Below are positions 1 to 9,778 of a DNA stretch of 63,841 bases, one piece after another. Numbering within the stretch: position 1 is the first letter of the stretch; each line of letters starts with the position of its first letter. This DNA is from an uncultured Bacteroides sp. (GTDB lineage: Bacteria > Bacteroidota > Bacteroidia > Bacteroidales > SM23-62). The notes beneath the pieces are model-generated. The model saw only the letters and a list, made by a program, of their open reading frames with translations, made no database searches and was not told the origin of the DNA. Both the position numbers and the translations under genes were made by a program. The stretch is taken from contig CAZNQG010000002.1 in the NCBI GenBank assembly GCA_964575235.1, positions 1 to 63,841 on the forward strand, read 5' to 3'.

Positions 1-134
1 CAAGAAGAAAAATCAACCGTGGGATGAAATTTTACAGAAAATTAGTTGCACAACTTCACTGAGGTCCTTAATCCTTAAATATACTCTTGATTACAAGAAA
101 CATTATTAAACTGAAATTCTATACAATGTCCAGT

Positions 135-1361
135 TTAACAGTATATTTCTTTAAGTTCATTAATCCTTTCCGATACAGGGACACTAAATCTGCATTTACT
201 TGTGCAGGTAATGCAATTGCTGCAGCTGTCAATACTTCTTCCTTGCTCAATTTGATCGAGGGTCATTTTAGCCATCAGAAGATTACCATATCCTAACCCA
301 TACATGTGTATTCTCATCAGGGTTGGAACATCAACGTTTTTTGCACAGGATGCAATACATGTTCCGCATTGCCGGCAAACCGACTGAATGGCAAGTTTAA
401 CGTTTTTATCACTGAGGAATTTCTTTTCTTCTTCAGTATATTCCAGATCATATGCCACTGTTATATCTTCCCTGATCTGGTCAAATGTGGTAAAACCCGG
501 AACAGCAGTTGCAATGTATTCGTTTTTGAGCACCCATTTAAGCAATGCGGTATTCATGTTGGTTTTACTATAAAACGTCTGCTGTTCAGCAGGAAGCCCT
601 CTCTTATACCATCCTTGTTGGCATTGGGTTTTCATTGCCACCAGTCCAATGCCTGCATTATGAGCACGCTCAATCGAATCAAATACACGTGGATCGTTGT
701 ACATTGAGAAATTGAATGAGAGGAGGATTACATCGTAGAACTCTCTCCGGGCAGCGTCATCTACCAGATCCGGCCAATAAGAATGCGTGGAGAAACCCGA
801 AAATCTTATTTTTCTTTTTTCTTTTAATTCAGTAAATGCTTCGAGGATGTACGGATCATTTATCTGATCCAGGCCTGCCGGCATGTGATAATAAAGTATA
901 TCGACAAAATCCATTTGCAGACGCGAAAGACTTTGATCGAACCTTGTAAGAAACATCTCCTTTGCCTCTTTGCCCCTGACAGGTCCCGGTAATAAGATCT
1001 TGGTGCCAATGCTGACATCCTCACGCTTCGCACCTACTTCACGGAGGACGGATCCAACCATTTTTTCGTTATTGCCATTCTGATAGTACCATGCGGTATC
1101 AAAGAACCTTATGCCTGCCTCCCAGGCAGCTCTGAGCAGTGCGGGATTGTCGGCATTCATCACCCCCATACTAACGATGGGCAGCTTGATTCCTGTTTTC
1201 CCAAGTGATCTGTATATCATCTTATCTCTGGCACCGGCCTGTTGGTCACCGGTATCATTTGTTTTTATCAGGTTCCTGGTAAGACTGTTCTGGGATAGAC
1301 CAAAAAATCCCGCCAAGGCCAGATTCTTAGTTGTATTTCCGAGAAATTTCCTTCTGTTCAT
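135..1361 (-). CDS. Tat-signal aldo/keto reductase fused to a C-terminal ferredoxin-like 4Fe-4S Cys-cluster domain
   Basis: 408-aa ORF. The N-terminus MNRRKFLGN..LALAGFF carries a twin-arginine RRxFL motif. The core is AKR-like (GIRFFDTAWYYQNGNNEKMVG). The C-terminus has CRQCGTCIASC and CSNCITCTSKC motifs. Confidence 0.8.
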   Translation of the reverse strand: MNRRKFLGNTTKNLALAGFFGLSQNSLTRNLIKTNDTGDQQAGARDKMIYRSLGKTGIKLPIVSMGVMNADNPALLRAAWEAGIRFFDTAWYYQNGNNEKMVGSVLREVGAKREDVSIGTKILLPGPVRGKEAKEMFLTRFDQSLSRLQMDFVDILYYHMPAGLDQINDPYILEAFTELKEKRKIRFSGFSTHSYWPDLVDDAARREFYDVILLSFNFSMYNDPRVFDSIERAHNAGIGLVAMKTQCQQGWYKRGLPAEQQTFYSKTNMNTALLKWVLKNEYIATAVPGFTTFDQIREDITVAYDLEYTEEEKKFLSDKNVKLAIQSVCRQCGTCIASCAKNVDVPTLMRIHMYGLGYGNLLMAKMTLDQIEQGRSIDSCSNCITCTSKCRFSVPVSERINELKEIYC

Positions 1362-1641
1362 ATCAATAAATTCATGATCTTACTTTGGTATTTTATTCTT
1401 GGTCGAATTAATTACCAAACAAATTTTTTGTATGTAATATTTCTGTAGGGCAATATAGAGTTTGTAACCGCAATGGCCAAATATATCATTTTATGTCTTT
1501 CCCGGATTTATGTACCCGTTAAAAGTAGAGAAGACGGGTTGCTTGACCCTTCCCATTTACAATTTATAGTTGACGGGATAGAAATGTGAACATCCGGGAT
1601 TATTCCATTAAATTTATTTCATATAATAGGCCCGTTTTACC

Positions 1642-2673
1642 ATGAACATTAAAATCCCTGTACCTGTTTCCGGCGGTTTGTTATTATCCTACAAGTGCAA
1701 TGCTGCATGCCGTCATTGCATGTATGCATGTGCCCCCGGGTGGAAGGCTGACTGGATTTCAGAAGGAGACCTGGAGAAAATATTAAACCAGCTGGCGGGT
1801 AAGATACAGCCAAGTCCCTACGGAAAAGAAAACATCGGTTTGAGCCATGGATTGCATTTCACCGGAGGCGAGCCCTTTTTGAACTTCGACCTGTTGTGCA
1901 AAGCCATAGAGATCGCAACAGGCCTGGATATCCCTTCCGTCTTTGTAGAAACCAATGGCTACTGGTGCAGCAACGATGAAACCACCAAAGAGAAATTATT
2001 GATTCTTCGTGAGAAAGGAATGAAGGGAATCATGATCTCGGTAAATCCGTTCTACCTGGAATACGTACCGTTCGAGAGGACGGAAAGGGCAATCAGGATG
2101 AGTACGGAGATATTCGGTTATAATGCAATAGTCTATCAGATTGAATACTTCAAGCGTTTTAAAGCATTGTGCATCAAAGGAAAAGTATCTTTTGAAGAAT
2201 TCCTGAAAATGGAAAACAGGGCTGATTTTGCCAGGAGGACTGAGTTTTTTATTATGGGAAGAGCTCCTTACAGTCTTTCAGAAGGACTGGCCGACCTGTA
2301 TCCCAGGTATCCTGCCAGGAGTCTTGTGCATTTGCCCTGCAACCCGCCTTTTCTGAGAAGCTGGCATAACCATTTTGATAATTACGGCAATTTCATGCCC
2401 GGATTCTGCGGTGGGATCAGCCTTGGAGATTGCAGGAAATTGGATGATCTGTTGAAATCCGGCGTCGATGCGGATGAATTCCCGGTTTTAAAACATTTGA
2501 TCCTCGGGGATATGGAGGGATTACTGGAATTTACGCTCGAACGGGGATATACTGCAAACGAAGAGGGGTATTATTCAAAATGCCATTTATGCGTCGATCT
2601 GAGGAAGTATCTTCATGCGAGGAATGGATTCAGGGAATTGACTCCGGATGAGTTTTATACCAAACTGGCCTGA
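1642..2673 (+). CDS. radical SAM domain protein, function unknown
   Basis: 343-aa ORF with CNAACRHC (CxxxCxxC) near the N-terminus. Additional C-terminal cysteines are present (CGGISLGDC, CHLC). Confidence 0.7.
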   Translation: MNIKIPVPVSGGLLLSYKCNAACRHCMYACAPGWKADWISEGDLEKILNQLAGKIQPSPYGKENIGLSHGLHFTGGEPFLNFDLLCKAIEIATGLDIPSVFVETNGYWCSNDETTKEKLLILREKGMKGIMISVNPFYLEYVPFERTERAIRMSTEIFGYNAIVYQIEYFKRFKALCIKGKVSFEEFLKMENRADFARRTEFFIMGRAPYSLSEGLADLYPRYPARSLVHLPCNPPFLRSWHNHFDNYGNFMPGFCGGISLGDCRKLDDLLKSGVDADEFPVLKHLILGDMEGLLEFTLERGYTANEEGYYSKCHLCVDLRKYLHARNGFRELTPDEFYTKLA

Positions 2674-2730
2674 TCGTCCCGGAATGGTTTTACCTGCATA
2701 AATACCGCTTATCCTCCGTAACCTCTAGAA

Positions 2731-2759
2731 CCTGGCACCGTTTTGTGGCCAGGTTTTTT
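2731..2759 (+). terminator. putative intrinsic terminator after the radical SAM gene
   Basis: CCTGGC..GCCAGG stem (2731-2753) followed by TTTTTT (2754-2759). Confidence 0.45.
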
Positions 2760-2852
2760 ATTTGGCGCTGACTCAAGCTTGCTTGAAGGAAGAGACAAAT
2801 GATAAATACCGGCGAGCAAGGCGAGTAACCTCACCACCCCGACAAAAGAAAA

Positions 2853-2878
2853 GCCCTGCACGAATGTGCGGGGTTTTT
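2853..2878. terminator. putative bidirectional intrinsic terminator between convergent genes
   Basis: CCCTGCAC-GAAT-GTGCGGGG hairpin with one G-U pair. AAAAGAAAAG lies on its left and TTTTTAT on its right, and it sits about 150 nt downstream of the minus-strand activase gene. Confidence 0.4.
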
Positions 2879-3030
2879 ATTTGACGGAGCCGCTGATTAT
2901 TCGGATGATCGGGGAAGGTCAGAAAATCAAGAAACAGGTATGGGAACTATAAGGAAAATTGGACAAGGACAGTGCAAATATGACCTCCCGGATTCACAGC
3001 ATTTCACTCTTTAGGCTCACGAATAATTAA

Positions 3031-6000
3031 TCATTCCAATACAAGCTGACTCAAACCGAATTTTTTCATATCCCTATCATATCCTTTTCCCCTTGCAAAT
3101 TCCCTTGCCTGGTGCATAAAAGCCTGAATCTTCATATCAATAGATGTATTATCCTGTCCGTCATAAGCAATATTGACATAAGGGATGTTGTCATGGTCTC
3201 TTTTAAACTGATCGGACACAGATTCGATAACCGTCCCCGGCATGCAGGTAAAAGGGAGGATATTTGCAATACCCGATATTCCGGTTTTGGACAAAGCAAC
3301 GGATGTACCCAGATTAAGTGCAGGATCACCATCATAATGTTTATGAATATACGGGCCACAGGATTCCAGCATTTCATGCAGCTCAATATCTCTTTCCCTG
3401 TCATACATTCCCAAAAGAGATTTTTGCAGCTTCTTTGATACTGATTTTTGGACAAAGTCCTGGATCCTGGCTTTCATCAATCCTTTATAATCACCTTTCC
3501 ATATACTGTCACGGTTGTATCTGTATGTAGTATAACTTAACCATTCACCAAAAGGTGCAATCCAGGTTTCAGCACCGTTTTTCTCGAGTCTGTCAATTAA
3601 AAAGCCATTGCAGAAGGGATTATCACGCATAAATATTTCACCGACTACTGCTATAACAGGTTTCCTTAATCCGTTTTTCAATGGAATTTCATGCATTCTG
3701 CGTGCAGTCTGTTTCAGTATGTCAATAACATCCTTACCACCCTGTTCGATGGATTCGACAATCATTGTAAGACCCTCATTGTATACATGCTCCGTTGAAC
3801 CGGGAGTTAATTCATAAGGTTTCCGCTCCTGTTTTAATTTTCGCAGCAGGTCAATTGCAACGATGCCTTTCCATGCAGCATAGCGGAATTTTGTACCCTG
3901 TCCGCCGGAAAGGGCTTCATAAGAAGTATCGTTACTGGGTGAAATGATTCTGACATCTTCAAATCCCAGCCTGTTGAACAGGACACTCTGAAACTTGTTG
4001 TATTGCCCGAAACGGCACGGACCATTATGGTCAGGCATAAAGAAACTTATCTTTTTCGAATCGGCCCCGGGTTCCATTAATCTTTTCAGGAAACTTCCGG
4101 TAGTGCATATCATGGGGAAACATTCCCTTCCCGATGTATATTTTCTGCCCAGGTCAAGGTCCTTTTCATCTTCTCTGGGAAGCACGCGAGCATCGATACC
4201 GCAATATCTCGATGCTGCCGCAACAGCCTCTCCGGCATCACACATATAGGGAAAATACAGAATGCGGTTTTTTTCGGGCGATGAAGCAAAGCCCCTGGGT
4301 TTATATACTTCATTTCGTACTTTATTGATCAGTTTTGACCCTCTCAGACTGTCAAGAAATGCTTCACACCTGGTGATTAAACCCGCATCGGCACTGTGTT
4401 CGTCAATTTCCAGCTCCAGGTACGGTTTGCCTGCCATTTCTTCAATGACGAAATGTGACAGGAACGAATCGGGGCCGCACCTGTAATTGCCCATATAAAC
4501 GGCATGAAGCTTATTATCTCTTCCAATGATTCTGGCAGCAGCAAGAATATCCTGCCCGTTGGGCCAGTACATTTGATGGTAGTCTTTGGTAATTCTTTCA
4601 CCTGATAGCGGCAGAAAATCTGTTGGTATCGGTATGACATCGAGATTGATCAATTTTTCAATCAGGTTCATATTCAGTGCAGGATCACCGGTATTATAAG
4701 GCCTGCCTATTATCACCACACTTTCTTTATCATCCGGAAGATTATCCAACACTTCTTTTCCCCGTAATTCAAGGTTTCGCTCAAACTGTGTTTGTAAACG
4801 GTCCGCCTTCATGATGGCATCGACGGTTTTCTTTTTGGGTATCTTGAATTTGTCCCACATGAAATCCGACAATTCCTTGTTCAGAACTTTACCAAAATAT
4901 CTGAAATTAAGGGCAGGCATCAGCAGTTTCTCCCTGTCTTCCGGAGGGAGTGCAGTTTTTACCATAAATGGATAGGTTTGTACGTAAGTACAATTATAAT
5001 TGTAGGTTGGATTATCTTTTTCACCCTTCTCATTAATAATGAAGGGTGTAAAGATATAATCAACCTGTTTCTCCAGCAGGTCATAAATATGTCCGTGCAT
5101 TACCTCCACAGGCAAACAAGTCTCGGCAACGATCATATCAAGCGACTTTTTAACGATCTTGTTGTCCGTCTCAGAAGACAGCACCACACGAAATCCCAGT
5201 TCTTCGAAAAATGTTCTCCAGAACGGGAATTGCTGGTAAAATAACATCAGCCCTCTCGGGATGCCTATGGAGATCCTTTCATCTTTCTCTTGTTCCCTGT
5301 AATCTCCCATCAACATTTTCAACCTCTCATCGAAATAATTCGGGATATCATGACCTTTGCTTTTACGTTCAGCCACTTCGAACAGTTCGCACCTTGCCCC
5401 ATAGAAAAGGGGCCTTTTCTCTCCTTCTATCCTTACCCTCCTTATCTCACAATAATTGGGGCATTTTTTGCAAATGAACTTATCGACTGTATAAGGAATT
5501 TTACTGATGTCCCAACCTTTAAAGCGGGTATGAATATTATTCTCTTTCACATACTCCCTTGCCAGCATTGCTGCACCAATAGCTCCCGTCACATCAAAGT
5601 GAGGCGGCACATATATTTTTTTACCGGTAACCTCTTCGAATGCTGCTACAACGGCCTTATTATTGGTAACCCCGCCCTGAAAGAGTATATGATTGCCGAT
5701 CCTTTTTTTCCTGACGACCATATGGATATAGTTCAGAACAATGGAATAGGCCAAACCTCCAACCAGATCTTCCGTTTTCGCTCCTTTTTGTTGATATGAA
5801 TTCAAGTCAGATTCCATAAAAACAGTACAACGGTCGCCCAGTGCAGCAGGTTTTTTTGACTGAAGAGCCAGGTTTCCGAATTCATCGATAATGCTGATGC
5901 CAAGTTTTTCTGCCTGTTCTTCCAGGAATGATCCGGTTCCCGCAGCGCATACCTTATTCATCTCAAAGTCAACAACCACGCCATTATCAATACTGATGTA

Positions 6001-7317
6001 TTTCGAATCCTGTCCACCAATCTCAAATATTGTGTCCACTTCCTTATCATAAGCAACTGCTGCGGTAGCCTGAGCCGTGATCTCATTGCGGATCACATCG
6101 GCTCCGATAAAATCACCGGTAAGGTAACGTCCCGAACCCGTTGATCCGGCAGCTTTAACAACAACCTTGCGCCCAACTTCCTTGAATATTTCCAGCATTC
6201 CACGCCTGATGGCATCCAGAGGTTTGCTGGCAGTAGGAAGATATCGCCTGGCAACAACCCGGTTATTATCATCAATCAATACCACATTTGTGCTTAATGA
6301 ACCAACATCCAGTCCAAGGTACACTTCTGTCTTCTCCGTCCCTTCAGGCAATATCCTGACATCTTTACGATATTTTGTATCCGGTTCAATGAGGGGTTCC
6401 AGATATTTTCCCTCTGTATCTCCGCTTTTAAGATATTTATCCAGTTCTTCCAAACCTTTAAAAACAGCCTTATTGCCGGCATTCGTGGATAAAGTATGAA
6501 AAACCGCTCCAATGGCGCCCATTGATGCATGATACTCAGGAATGACCAGGTCTTTCTCATCTGCATGAAGGATTTCCCTGAAAGCTCTCACCACACCAAC
6601 ATTGGCTGCAACACCACCCTGGAATATTACAGGAAATTCAAGCTTTTTCCCCTTGGCCATTGAACTGATAAAGTTCCTCGCTACTGCAAAACACAATCCG
6701 GCAACAATATCATGAACCGGTGTTGCTATTTGCTGCAAGTGGATCATGTCACTCTTTGCAAAAACGCTGCACCTGCCTGCCATCCTTGGTGGGTTTTCCG
6801 ATTTCAATGCAAGTTCACCAAATTCCTTTTCAATGGGAACGCCAATTCTTTTCGCCTGCTGGTCAAGGAATGAACCTGTTCCCGCAGCGCACAGGTTATT
6901 CAACTGAAAATCCAGGAGCTTGGAGGAATTATTTTCTGAAACATCCATAAAAATAAGCTTCGAATCTTCGCCACCCATCTCAATAATGGTTTTCGCCGAA
7001 GGATAAAGTTTTGATACAGAAGTAGATTGGGCAATAATCTCATTTACATAGTGTCCGCCGATTAATTCCGAAGCCAGTTTCCCGCCGGTACCTGTAATGG
7101 ATACCGATGCAATCTGATAATCCCTGTATGCTGTAAGCAGTTCTCCAAGAACATCCCTGAGCCTGTGAAAAGGTTTGCCATGACAATAATCATATCGATT
7201 TACAACGATCCTGTTCTCATCATCCATTAAAACAGTATTCAGGGATATAGATCCAACGTCAATCCCCAGATGTATCCTGATTCGTTCCCGGTTATTGTTA
7301 TCCCCTGCCTTAACCAT
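3031..7317 (-). CDS. BadF/BadG/BcrA/BcrD-type ATPase x2 fused to a Cys-rich dehydratase/DUF2229-like C-terminal half (CoA-substrate-specific enzyme activase-type giant protein)
   Basis: 1428-aa ORF with two repeated ATPase modules (GIDVGSISLN / GLDVGSLSTN). Each module has CAAGTGSFL(D/E)(Q/E)QA and a cluster-bridging Cys motif (GRCSVFAKSD / GDRCTVFMESD). The C-terminal 800 aa has many spaced Cys residues (CKKCPNYC, AETCLP, YRCGPDSF, GRECFPMICT, GPCRFGQ, FTCMPG). Confidence 0.85.
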   Translation of the reverse strand: MVKAGDNNNRERIRIHLGIDVGSISLNTVLMDDENRIVVNRYDYCHGKPFHRLRDVLGELLTAYRDYQIASVSITGTGGKLASELIGGHYVNEIIAQSTSVSKLYPSAKTIIEMGGEDSKLIFMDVSENNSSKLLDFQLNNLCAAGTGSFLDQQAKRIGVPIEKEFGELALKSENPPRMAGRCSVFAKSDMIHLQQIATPVHDIVAGLCFAVARNFISSMAKGKKLEFPVIFQGGVAANVGVVRAFREILHADEKDLVIPEYHASMGAIGAVFHTLSTNAGNKAVFKGLEELDKYLKSGDTEGKYLEPLIEPDTKYRKDVRILPEGTEKTEVYLGLDVGSLSTNVVLIDDNNRVVARRYLPTASKPLDAIRRGMLEIFKEVGRKVVVKAAGSTGSGRYLTGDFIGADVIRNEITAQATAAVAYDKEVDTIFEIGGQDSKYISIDNGVVVDFEMNKVCAAGTGSFLEEQAEKLGISIIDEFGNLALQSKKPAALGDRCTVFMESDLNSYQQKGAKTEDLVGGLAYSIVLNYIHMVVRKKRIGNHILFQGGVTNNKAVVAAFEEVTGKKIYVPPHFDVTGAIGAAMLAREYVKENNIHTRFKGWDISKIPYTVDKFICKKCPNYCEIRRVRIEGEKRPLFYGARCELFEVAERKSKGHDIPNYFDERLKMLMGDYREQEKDERISIGIPRGLMLFYQQFPFWRTFFEELGFRVVLSSETDNKIVKKSLDMIVAETCLPVEVMHGHIYDLLEKQVDYIFTPFIINEKGEKDNPTYNYNCTYVQTYPFMVKTALPPEDREKLLMPALNFRYFGKVLNKELSDFMWDKFKIPKKKTVDAIMKADRLQTQFERNLELRGKEVLDNLPDDKESVVIIGRPYNTGDPALNMNLIEKLINLDVIPIPTDFLPLSGERITKDYHQMYWPNGQDILAAARIIGRDNKLHAVYMGNYRCGPDSFLSHFVIEEMAGKPYLELEIDEHSADAGLITRCEAFLDSLRGSKLINKVRNEVYKPRGFASSPEKNRILYFPYMCDAGEAVAAASRYCGIDARVLPREDEKDLDLGRKYTSGRECFPMICTTGSFLKRLMEPGADSKKISFFMPDHNGPCRFGQYNKFQSVLFNRLGFEDVRIISPSNDTSYEALSGGQGTKFRYAAWKGIVAIDLLRKLKQERKPYELTPGSTEHVYNEGLTMIVESIEQGGKDVIDILKQTARRMHEIPLKNGLRKPVIAVVGEIFMRDNPFCNGFLIDRLEKNGAETWIAPFGEWLSYTTYRYNRDSIWKGDYKGLMKARIQDFVQKSVSKKLQKSLLGMYDRERDIELHEMLESCGPYIHKHYDGDPALNLGTSVALSKTGISGIANILPFTCMPGTVIESVSDQFKRDHDNIPYVNIAYDGQDNTSIDMKIQAFMHQAREFARGKGYDRDMKKFGLSQLVLE

Positions 7318-7386
7318 ATTGATAAGGTTTTAATTATTTGCTTGGTTAACTGTAAGATTCTCCCTGTGAATGATTCGTTTTTTATC

Positions 7387-8748
7387 CTAATTTTTTTTCA
7401 GTACCTGATGGATGATTTCTTCTGCTGCCCTTATTATCGGATTACTTACCGGCGACGATGTCAGCAGCGGGTGTGTACCGATCTGAAAGGATACCAGTTC
7501 ATATACAGTAATGGACTTTTGAATGGCCATGCTGATAATATTTATGATCTCGCCAACCGATTTTCCGCCCCATGCTTCACCACCTATGATGCTTCCATCA
7601 ACGGTAGAAGCATAAAGTTTTACCGTCAGATCAGATGAACCGGACAAAGTTCCGGGATGCCTGTCAGGCGATGTAAATTCTGCAGATATGATTTCAATGC
7701 CGTCTTCTTCTGCATTTTTTTCATTGGCACCTGCAGCCGCCATGGCAAGTCCGTTTATTTCAGTCGAGAAAACTCCCAGGGTTCCTGCCGAGCATTTCTT
7801 AATTCTGATTCCGAAAATGTTATGACCAAGTATACGGGCCTCAGCAGTGGCGGATGAAGCCAGTTTGATGATATCGCTCCGGCCTGTCAGAAAACCGAAT
7901 GTCTGGGCACAGTCGCCTACCGCACTGATATCTTTAATTGAGGTACGTCCGTATTCATCTACATGGATATCCCCGTATTTATTTAATTCAAGTCCTGCCT
8001 CTTTTGCCAGTTGGGTATTGGCTTTGTAGCCGATTGAAAGGATCACCGCATCGGCAGCGATCTTTCTCCTGTCGGCAAGGACGACCTGTTTGACTTTATT
8101 ATTTTCACCGGCAATTTCCTTAACCAGCGAAGAAGTCAAAACGTTAACCTTTGTATTTTTTAATGCGTCGGTCGCTATCCTGCTCAGTTCAGTTGAAAAT
8201 GCTTTTGAAAAACAGTTTGGTTCACTTTCAACCAGAGTAACGTTAATATCTGATGCGGCTATTTGTTCGGCTGCTTCGGCTCCTATAAACCCCCCTCCTA
8301 TAATGACAATATTCCTGAACCCGCTTATTTTTGACGCCAATTCTTTGATATACGGGTAGTCTTTTTTCATATAAAATACATTCTGAAGGTCATGGCCCGG
8401 GATAAAATCAGGAATCTTCGGAAGAGACCCGGTTGCAAAGACAAGTTTGTGGTATCCAAACTGTTCACCGGTTTTCACAGCAACTGTTTTACTTGCTTTA
8501 TCAACAGCTTCTGCCTTATTTATCAATACTTCTCCGCCCAGATCAACAAATGGTTTGGGACCCATTTTATTTTTATCAGCATCGTTGCCCAGCAGGTGAA
8601 AAATATAAGGAATCCCGCAAGGAACAAGTCCCTCGCCGGCTTCTTTAATCATAAGCACCGATTTTTCGTTAAAAAACTTTTTAATGGTTATTCCTGTTAC
8701 GATGGCAGCAGGACCTCCTCCGATGATGATTACATCATAAGTTATCAT
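7387..8748 (-). CDS. FAD-dependent pyridine nucleotide-disulfide oxidoreductase (NADH oxidase / CoA-disulfide reductase-like)
   Basis: 453-aa ORF. FAD fold VIIIGGGPAAIVTG, single redox Cys in LVPCGIPYIF, NAD(P) fold IVIIGGGFIGAEAAE. Confidence 0.85.
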   Translation of the reverse strand: MITYDVIIIGGGPAAIVTGITIKKFFNEKSVLMIKEAGEGLVPCGIPYIFHLLGNDADKNKMGPKPFVDLGGEVLINKAEAVDKASKTVAVKTGEQFGYHKLVFATGSLPKIPDFIPGHDLQNVFYMKKDYPYIKELASKISGFRNIVIIGGGFIGAEAAEQIAASDINVTLVESEPNCFSKAFSTELSRIATDALKNTKVNVLTSSLVKEIAGENNKVKQVVLADRRKIAADAVILSIGYKANTQLAKEAGLELNKYGDIHVDEYGRTSIKDISAVGDCAQTFGFLTGRSDIIKLASSATAEARILGHNIFGIRIKKCSAGTLGVFSTEINGLAMAAAGANEKNAEEDGIEIISAEFTSPDRHPGTLSGSSDLTVKLYASTVDGSIIGGEAWGGKSVGEIINIISMAIQKSITVYELVSFQIGTHPLLTSSPVSNPIIRAAEEIIHQVLKKN

Positions 8749-8770
8749 ATATTATAGAATGATTATCGAT

Positions 8771-8926
8771 TCATTTTATTTCAAACATGTTTCCGCTATT
8801 ATCCCATATGAAATACGTATTGCTGCCGGGATTGCTTTTCACAATAACCTTATAACCCAGCTTTAACGCGTTATTATAGACAGCTTCTGCATTGTTTACC
8901 GTTAATGCAATATGTCTCAGTATAAC
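8771..8926 (-). pseudogene. single-module VOC/glyoxalase-like relic without a canonical start codon
   Basis: My own translation gives VILRHIALTVNNAEAVYNNALKLGYKVIVKSNPGSNTYFIWDNSGNMFEIK*. This looks like one beta-alpha-beta-beta-beta VOC module. The frame is closed by TAA directly upstream and contains no ATG/GTG/TTG. Confidence 0.3.
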
Positions 8927-8950
8927 TTTAAAATGACAGTTCTAATTTAA

Positions 8951-8966
8951 ATGAACATTTGTTCAT
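8951..8966. promoter_or_regulatory. palindromic operator candidate, site 1 (ATGAACATTTGTTCAT)
   Basis: Perfect 6+6 inverted repeat with a 4-nt spacer, in non-coding DNA upstream of the minus-strand flavoprotein/activase unit. Confidence 0.5.
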
Positions 8967-9139
8967 TATAAAATTATTTAGATTAATTTTGAATAAAAAA
9001 TTATAATTGCGGATAATAATCCCGGAATTTATAACTCTTCCGAATACGCCTTGTCATATCCGATTGAATACAATGGTGAAAAACGCTTCCCGATACCAGC
9101 CAGAGCATCAGAACAATGCCATGCGATCTGAATAACCTG

Positions 9140-9778
9140 TTATATTTCAATGCTCCTGCCGGCTCCGCCTTCAACATACCTGTCGGGGTACAGGTTTTGA
9201 ATTTCAGTGATGTGCTGAGTACAATGAGTGGGACAGATCATACCGAAATCCTTAAACAGATAAAACTCATTGAATCCGTGCAAACCGCCGATGATGGCAT
9301 AGATCTCTCCAAATTGTGAGGCCGCATCAAGGATATGTTTCATTTCCGGATGTGAACACCCTGCAATAAGGACCAGTCCTTTATCCGTGCTGACCGCCAT
9401 GGATTGTTCAATATTATCAAGTTCTCCGGTTGAGAAAACATTTTCATGGATCTTTATGGCCTGATCCACATGGATGACCTTTCTTGCATTGCACACGCCC
9501 CTCAGCGAAACCGGCACATAGATGGTGACGTTATTGTTCTTATTAAGAAAGGATGAAAGTCCCCCCACGTGGTCAAAATGATCATGAGAAATAAATACTT
9601 CATCAATTCCCGTCGGATCGATATCCAATTTTTTCATATTATTCAGGAGGATGGATCCGTTGGCTCCGGTATCAAAAAGGATATTGTGATCCCCGGTCTC
9701 AACCAGGGCGGAAAATCCCCAGTCAGATTTCAGTCCCGGCTGAAATAGGGTGTTGTCATAAATGATTGTAATTTTCAT
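9140..9778 (-). CDS. short MBL-fold metallo-hydrolase (COG1237-like type)
   Basis: 212-aa ORF starting MKITIIYDN. It has a GFSALVE..ILFDTG block, the HxHxDH motif as SHDHFDHVGG, and a C-terminal PTHCT. It overlaps the upstream ATPase gene by 4 bp. Confidence 0.8.
   Translation of the reverse strand: MKITIIYDNTLFQPGLKSDWGFSALVETGDHNILFDTGANGSILLNNMKKLDIDPTGIDEVFISHDHFDHVGGLSSFLNKNNNVTIYVPVSLRGVCNARKVIHVDQAIKIHENVFSTGELDNIEQSMAVSTDKGLVLIAGCSHPEMKHILDAASQFGEIYAIIGGLHGFNEFYLFKDFGMICPTHCTQHITEIQNLYPDRYVEGGAGRSIEI

Noticed and set aside
1642-2673. Either radical SAM enzyme (1642-2673 or amrS 10609-11643) acting as the anaerobic sulfatase-maturating enzyme for the Cys-type sulfatases.
   Set aside because: Neither shows the length of about 370-400 aa with the Cys-rich SPASM C-terminal domain expected of anSME. 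The second clearly belongs to the AmmeMemoRadiSam family. The maturase is probably encoded elsewhere.
9035-9139. In-frame 35-codon open continuation after the MBL stop codon (QVIQIAWHCSDALAGIGKRFSPLYSIGYDKAYSEEL), possibly stop-codon read-through or a truncated gene.
   Set aside because: The MBL protein already ends with the family-typical ..HCT....GG...IEI C-terminus. The extension has no recognisable motif, so it is most likely chance.
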